Source: an uncultured virus (IMG/VR IMGVR_UViG_3300020194_001970) (lineage: Duplodnaviria > Heunggongvirae > Uroviricota > Caudoviricetes). From it: a DNA stretch of 20,000 bases. The DNA lies in the IMG/VR virus record IMGVR_UViG_3300020194_001970; one strand, given 5' to 3'. The notes below the pieces were generated by a model. The model was not told the origin of the DNA, ran no database searches, and saw nothing but the letters and a program-made list of their open reading frames with translations. The translations under genes and the position numbers were made by a program. Shown piece by piece: positions 16,401-20,000 of this stretch; the stretch's first letter is position 1, and every line of letters begins with the position of its first letter.

Positions 16401-19400
16401 ATATATTAGGAGACTCTGTTGAATTTGAGCCAGACAATAAGCCAGCTAATAGTTGCTGGTATGGATTTACCGATATATACCTAGATGAGATTAAAGGTAA
16501 TGTAAATATTGAATCAATGGCTTCAGATCAGGATATAGATGGTTTTTTACTGTATAAAGGAGGAATGTCCACTCTTTATAAAGAAGTAGAAAGTTATCCA
16601 ATAACAATAAAAAAGGAACAAATACCTAGAGTATATAAAGAAAATTGGAACCAGGGAGCGAAACCACTATTTAAAGATGAGGAAGATTTCACAATTCAAA
16701 CATGGGTTAATTTTGAAGATTTAAATAAAAAACATTTAATAATAAAGGCCGGAATTTTTGAAAAGAGTTTAGACTTGGGGTGGCAACTTAAGAGGTTAGG
16801 AGTTCAAGAAATTGAAGAAATGACAAGCTACCTGCTTGAGAATATTCAATTAGTTTCAAATAATTATTATTCAGAAACCGGAGAAAATGAAGAATTTATT
16901 GTTAATTTGCAAAAAAATAATTATCCATTAACTGCAAGCTCTGATGGTGCATTTTATGCTAATTATGGAACATACAACAATCAAACACAAGAATACCCAA
17001 AAACAAAAATATATCAGATATCGCAAGAAGAAATAAATGAAATAAAAAACTTCTATAAAAATGCATTTTATTTTGATTTGGTTGGAGTAGATCATTGGTA
17101 CGCACATCTTGATCGTTTTGGAATACCTCAGGTTAACAATATATTCTCTGGCAAAAGTGCTGCATATATGTGGGGATACATTCCTAGAATAAAGACAAAA
17201 ATGAAATATAGATTTTTGTTTTTCTCGCAATTAGATCTTGAGGATGATAATTGGTACCATATAGCTTTGACCAGAAAAAATTCAACAAATTTTAGATGAT
17301 AATTGGTACCATATAGCTTTGACCAGAAAAAATTCAACAAATTTTAAAATGTATATTAATGGCGCTCCAAGCTCTAGTTTTCAGTTCACTTCTTCAAGCA
17401 GAATAAAAGTGGGTGGAGTAAATGATATAGCCTCTGGGGATAAAATTGATGAGTTTACATACCTTGATGGTATATACGATCAAATAAAAAACCCAGTAGA
17501 CAATAATCCTGAACATTACGGAGATTATGTAACTGCTAAGTACTGGAGAGGTTTAGATTGTCTAGGTTTATTGGAATCAAAAATAAGTGACAAATGGAAA
17601 ACACACGCTAACTTACCTTATGTTCGAATTGGGGGTTCACCTAGAGACTCAATGACTGAGTTAGATATTAACAAAAACATAGAAGACGGTCTACAAGGTG
17701 ATGATATTTATGCTAATAGAAATTATGGAAAATTTAAAATACAAGATTTTTCTATATTCAGAGATCAAGCTTTAGAGGCGGGTAACTTTTATCAAAATAA
17801 AATTTTTGAATCTAATTGCCCCTTAATTTGTCCAACACTTCAAATACAAAGTAATTCGGCTGCCCAAGGAAATCAAATAAATGATTTAAGTTTAGAGGGT
17901 AATGAAATAGAAAATATAGGAAATGTTTATCACGATGAAACTCAAGGTATAATAAGAAGTTCCAGTTTATATTTTGATGGAAATAGTTATTTAACTTCTT
18001 CTTTTTTTGAGGATAAAATTATAGAAGATAGTAGTTTTACTTTTAGCTTCTTTTTTAGACAAAAAAATCAAATGAAAGCCATATTAAATGGAGAAATTTT
18101 TGCTCAATCTTTGTTTGATTTTAGGGACAAAACCAGTGATGAAGAAAAATTTGTAGTATCTATATTGTCAGATTATCATGAAACCTGGGACCCTGGAAAA
18201 ATATATGAACAGAACACTTTGGTTTTTAGGTCTGGTAAATATTTTATACTCGAAAGTTCAAATTCTTTCAATCAAGATCCTATAGATGAGGAGATAACAT
18301 CATGGAAGGAAATTGATCCGGAGCCTGGTAAATTTTATATATCTATTCATAAAGGAGATATATTTACCCCTTTAATACAAACAGAAGTAAAATTTAATTC
18401 AAATGAAAATCATCATGTAGGAGTAGTCAAGAATGAGGATATATTAGAGTTATATATTAATGGTTCATTAATTAGCTATGTAAATGCTGTAGGGATATTC
18501 GCGGGAACAATAAACAATATAACAATTGGAAAAGATAAATCATTGGAGTCTGCATCTCAATTTAATGGACACATGCAAGACATTAGGTTAATATATGAAG
18601 CAGAAAAATTCTCGTTAATGCCAAATGCACTAACGACTTTATGTAACTCAGAAATAAGAATTCCCGAATGTCAAAATGTTAATCTTCATATACAGTCTCA
18701 TGCAGACCATGAAGAAGTTAATGGTGTTTTTGATTTTAGTAAAAATAATCTAGAGATAAAAGTAATAAATGAAGAACAGAATATTGAAAGTTTGCATGAT
18801 ACTGGAAGTCCAATATATTCTGATAGCTCTTTGAATTTTAATGGTAGTAGGTATTATGAAATAAATAGAAACGATTTATTAAGATTAAACGAAAGCTTTA
18901 CCATTGAGTTTTCTATTATTTTTAATACCCTACCACGACAATTATTCGATGATGAAGATTTAATTTTTAACGAAAGACATACGATCATAAGTCACGGAAG
19001 CAGAGATAATGTATCAAAAAATATAGGTTGGGAAATAGCGATAATCGGAGGAGAAATAAAATTTTACTATAACGAAGAAGGTGTTGAGGAAGAATTTTGG
19101 TTGAATGTAATCAACTTAACTCCAGAAGATGGAATTGAAAATAATAAAATTTATCACTTTGCCGTTGTAAGGAGTTTTGGGATTGGTTTTGGGTTGGTTG
19201 ATGGCTCGTTAGTTTCAGTGCATAATTTTGGGCAAAAAGTAATACAGTATCCAAATGTTAAAATTAACATTGGACTGTCTTTGGAAAAGTTGGGTCCAGG
19301 AACGATAGATATACTACAAAAAAATGAAGTGCCTGGAATAACTGAGGCTGGAGTTTTAAAAAGTTATATAAATGCAAACATTCAGGATATAAGAATATGC

Positions 19401-20000
19401 AACACGGATCTCTATACGAACAATTTTAATATAGGTAATTTAGGGTTGCTTGAAACTTGCGCAAAAAATCCAAACGATATTGTGTGTGATAACCTAGTTT
19501 TAGAATTTATTCAAGACGAGAACATATCTCCAATACAAACTGATACTAGTATTAATGAAAATTTCTTGAGTAGAATAATTGGGAAATCTTACAAATATTT
19601 AAATATAAACAGCCATTTCGGCATGGGTGATATATCTATAGACGGAAACACAATGGCCATTGGAGCTCCTTACCATTACCATAATGAAGCAATTGTTGCA
19701 TCTGCATACGGAGCAGTTTTCTTGTTCGAAAAACAAGAAAATGGATCTTGGTTACAAACTGATATTATACTACCAAGCAGAGCTCAATTTAACCAAGGTT
19801 TTGGTCATGGGGTAGAATTAAATGGAAACGAATTATATATTGGAGTTCCGTTTAGCTCTGTTAATGCTAGCACAGCAGGTAATGTTATACTGTATAAAAA
19901 ACAAACAGATGGTTCTTGGTTGGAATTCGAATCAATCAAACAAGCATTTCCGACCTATGGCGATCATTTTGGGTCTAGTATATCCATCGCCGGAAACACA
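13451..20000 (+). CDS. Giant adhesin/tail-fibre-like protein: PKD domain, six LamG (ConA-like) modules, FG-GAP beta-propeller repeats. Frameshifted by the 52-bp duplication; runs off right edge (at least 2166 aa when repaired)
   Basis: PKD: YNIDFGDG...HRYKSAKTYNAILSV. LamG: WTIESWIN...WYHIAVIK...IYINGE...GYIQDLRI, repeated. Removing one duplicate copy restores NWYHIALTRKNSTNFKMYING. The frame from 17295 matches the frame at the window end. FG-GAP: FGMGDISIDGNTMAIGAP...GAVFLFEK, FGHGVELNGNELYIGVP...GNVILYKK and FGSSISIAGNT from about 19615. Confidence 0.8.
17243..17346 (+). repeat. Perfect 52-bp tandem duplication causing a frameshift
   Basis: GATGATAATTGGTACCATATAGCTTTGACCAGAAAAAATTCAACAAATTTTA at 17243-17294 and 17295-17346. 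Confidence 0.97.

Noticed and set aside
6998..17340. Other small ORFs nested in long genes (6998-7276, 8031-8222, 8396-8581, 11001-11216, 14309-14512, 14720-14917, 15214-15564, 16928-17230, 17128-17340)
   Set aside because: They are alternative-frame or antisense ORFs within coherent domain-encoding genes, with no recognisable motifs.
17243..17346. 52-bp duplication as a DGR template/variable repeat pair or an attachment site
   Set aside because: The copies are adjacent and 100% identical with no adenine-specific mismatches, and there is no reverse transcriptase or integrase in the window.
1..20000. Alternative genetic code (stop-codon reassignment) to explain the broken ORFs
   Set aside because: Coding density is near complete under the standard code, and both breaks are frame changes, not in-frame stops.

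Overview
AT-rich segment of a large tailed dsDNA bacteriophage (Caudoviricetes, probably siphovirus-like; host not determinable) covering the tail/neck morphogenesis module. Two operons diverge from a 56-bp spacer (4550-4605). Minus strand: a 94-aa protein, two paralogous putative tail-assembly chaperones, and a TP901-type tape measure protein running off the left edge. Plus strand: putative head-closure, neck/tail-completion and tail-terminator genes, an FN3-like plus mucin-like Thr/Pro repeat protein, a putative major tail tube protein, a second tube paralog fused to Thr/Pro stalks and two Calx-beta domains (split by a 2-bp insertion), and a giant PKD + 6x LamG + FG-GAP adhesin-like protein (split by a perfect 52-bp tandem duplication, running off the right edge). 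Most notable signals: (i) a GTGTA motif in sense orientation in five of the six sizeable intergenic gaps (candidate late promoter); (ii) a hairpin occluding the tape-measure Shine-Dalgarno directly behind that motif; (iii) five FN3 A-strand-like peptides at the C-terminus of the terminator-like protein, next to a gene whose FN3-like domain appears to lack its A strand (possible donor-strand docking system); (iv) recurring G[FY][IV]PNF delimiters in the tape measure protein; (v) Cys-bracketed LamG modules. All product calls come from manual motif recognition and synteny; no database searches were run.
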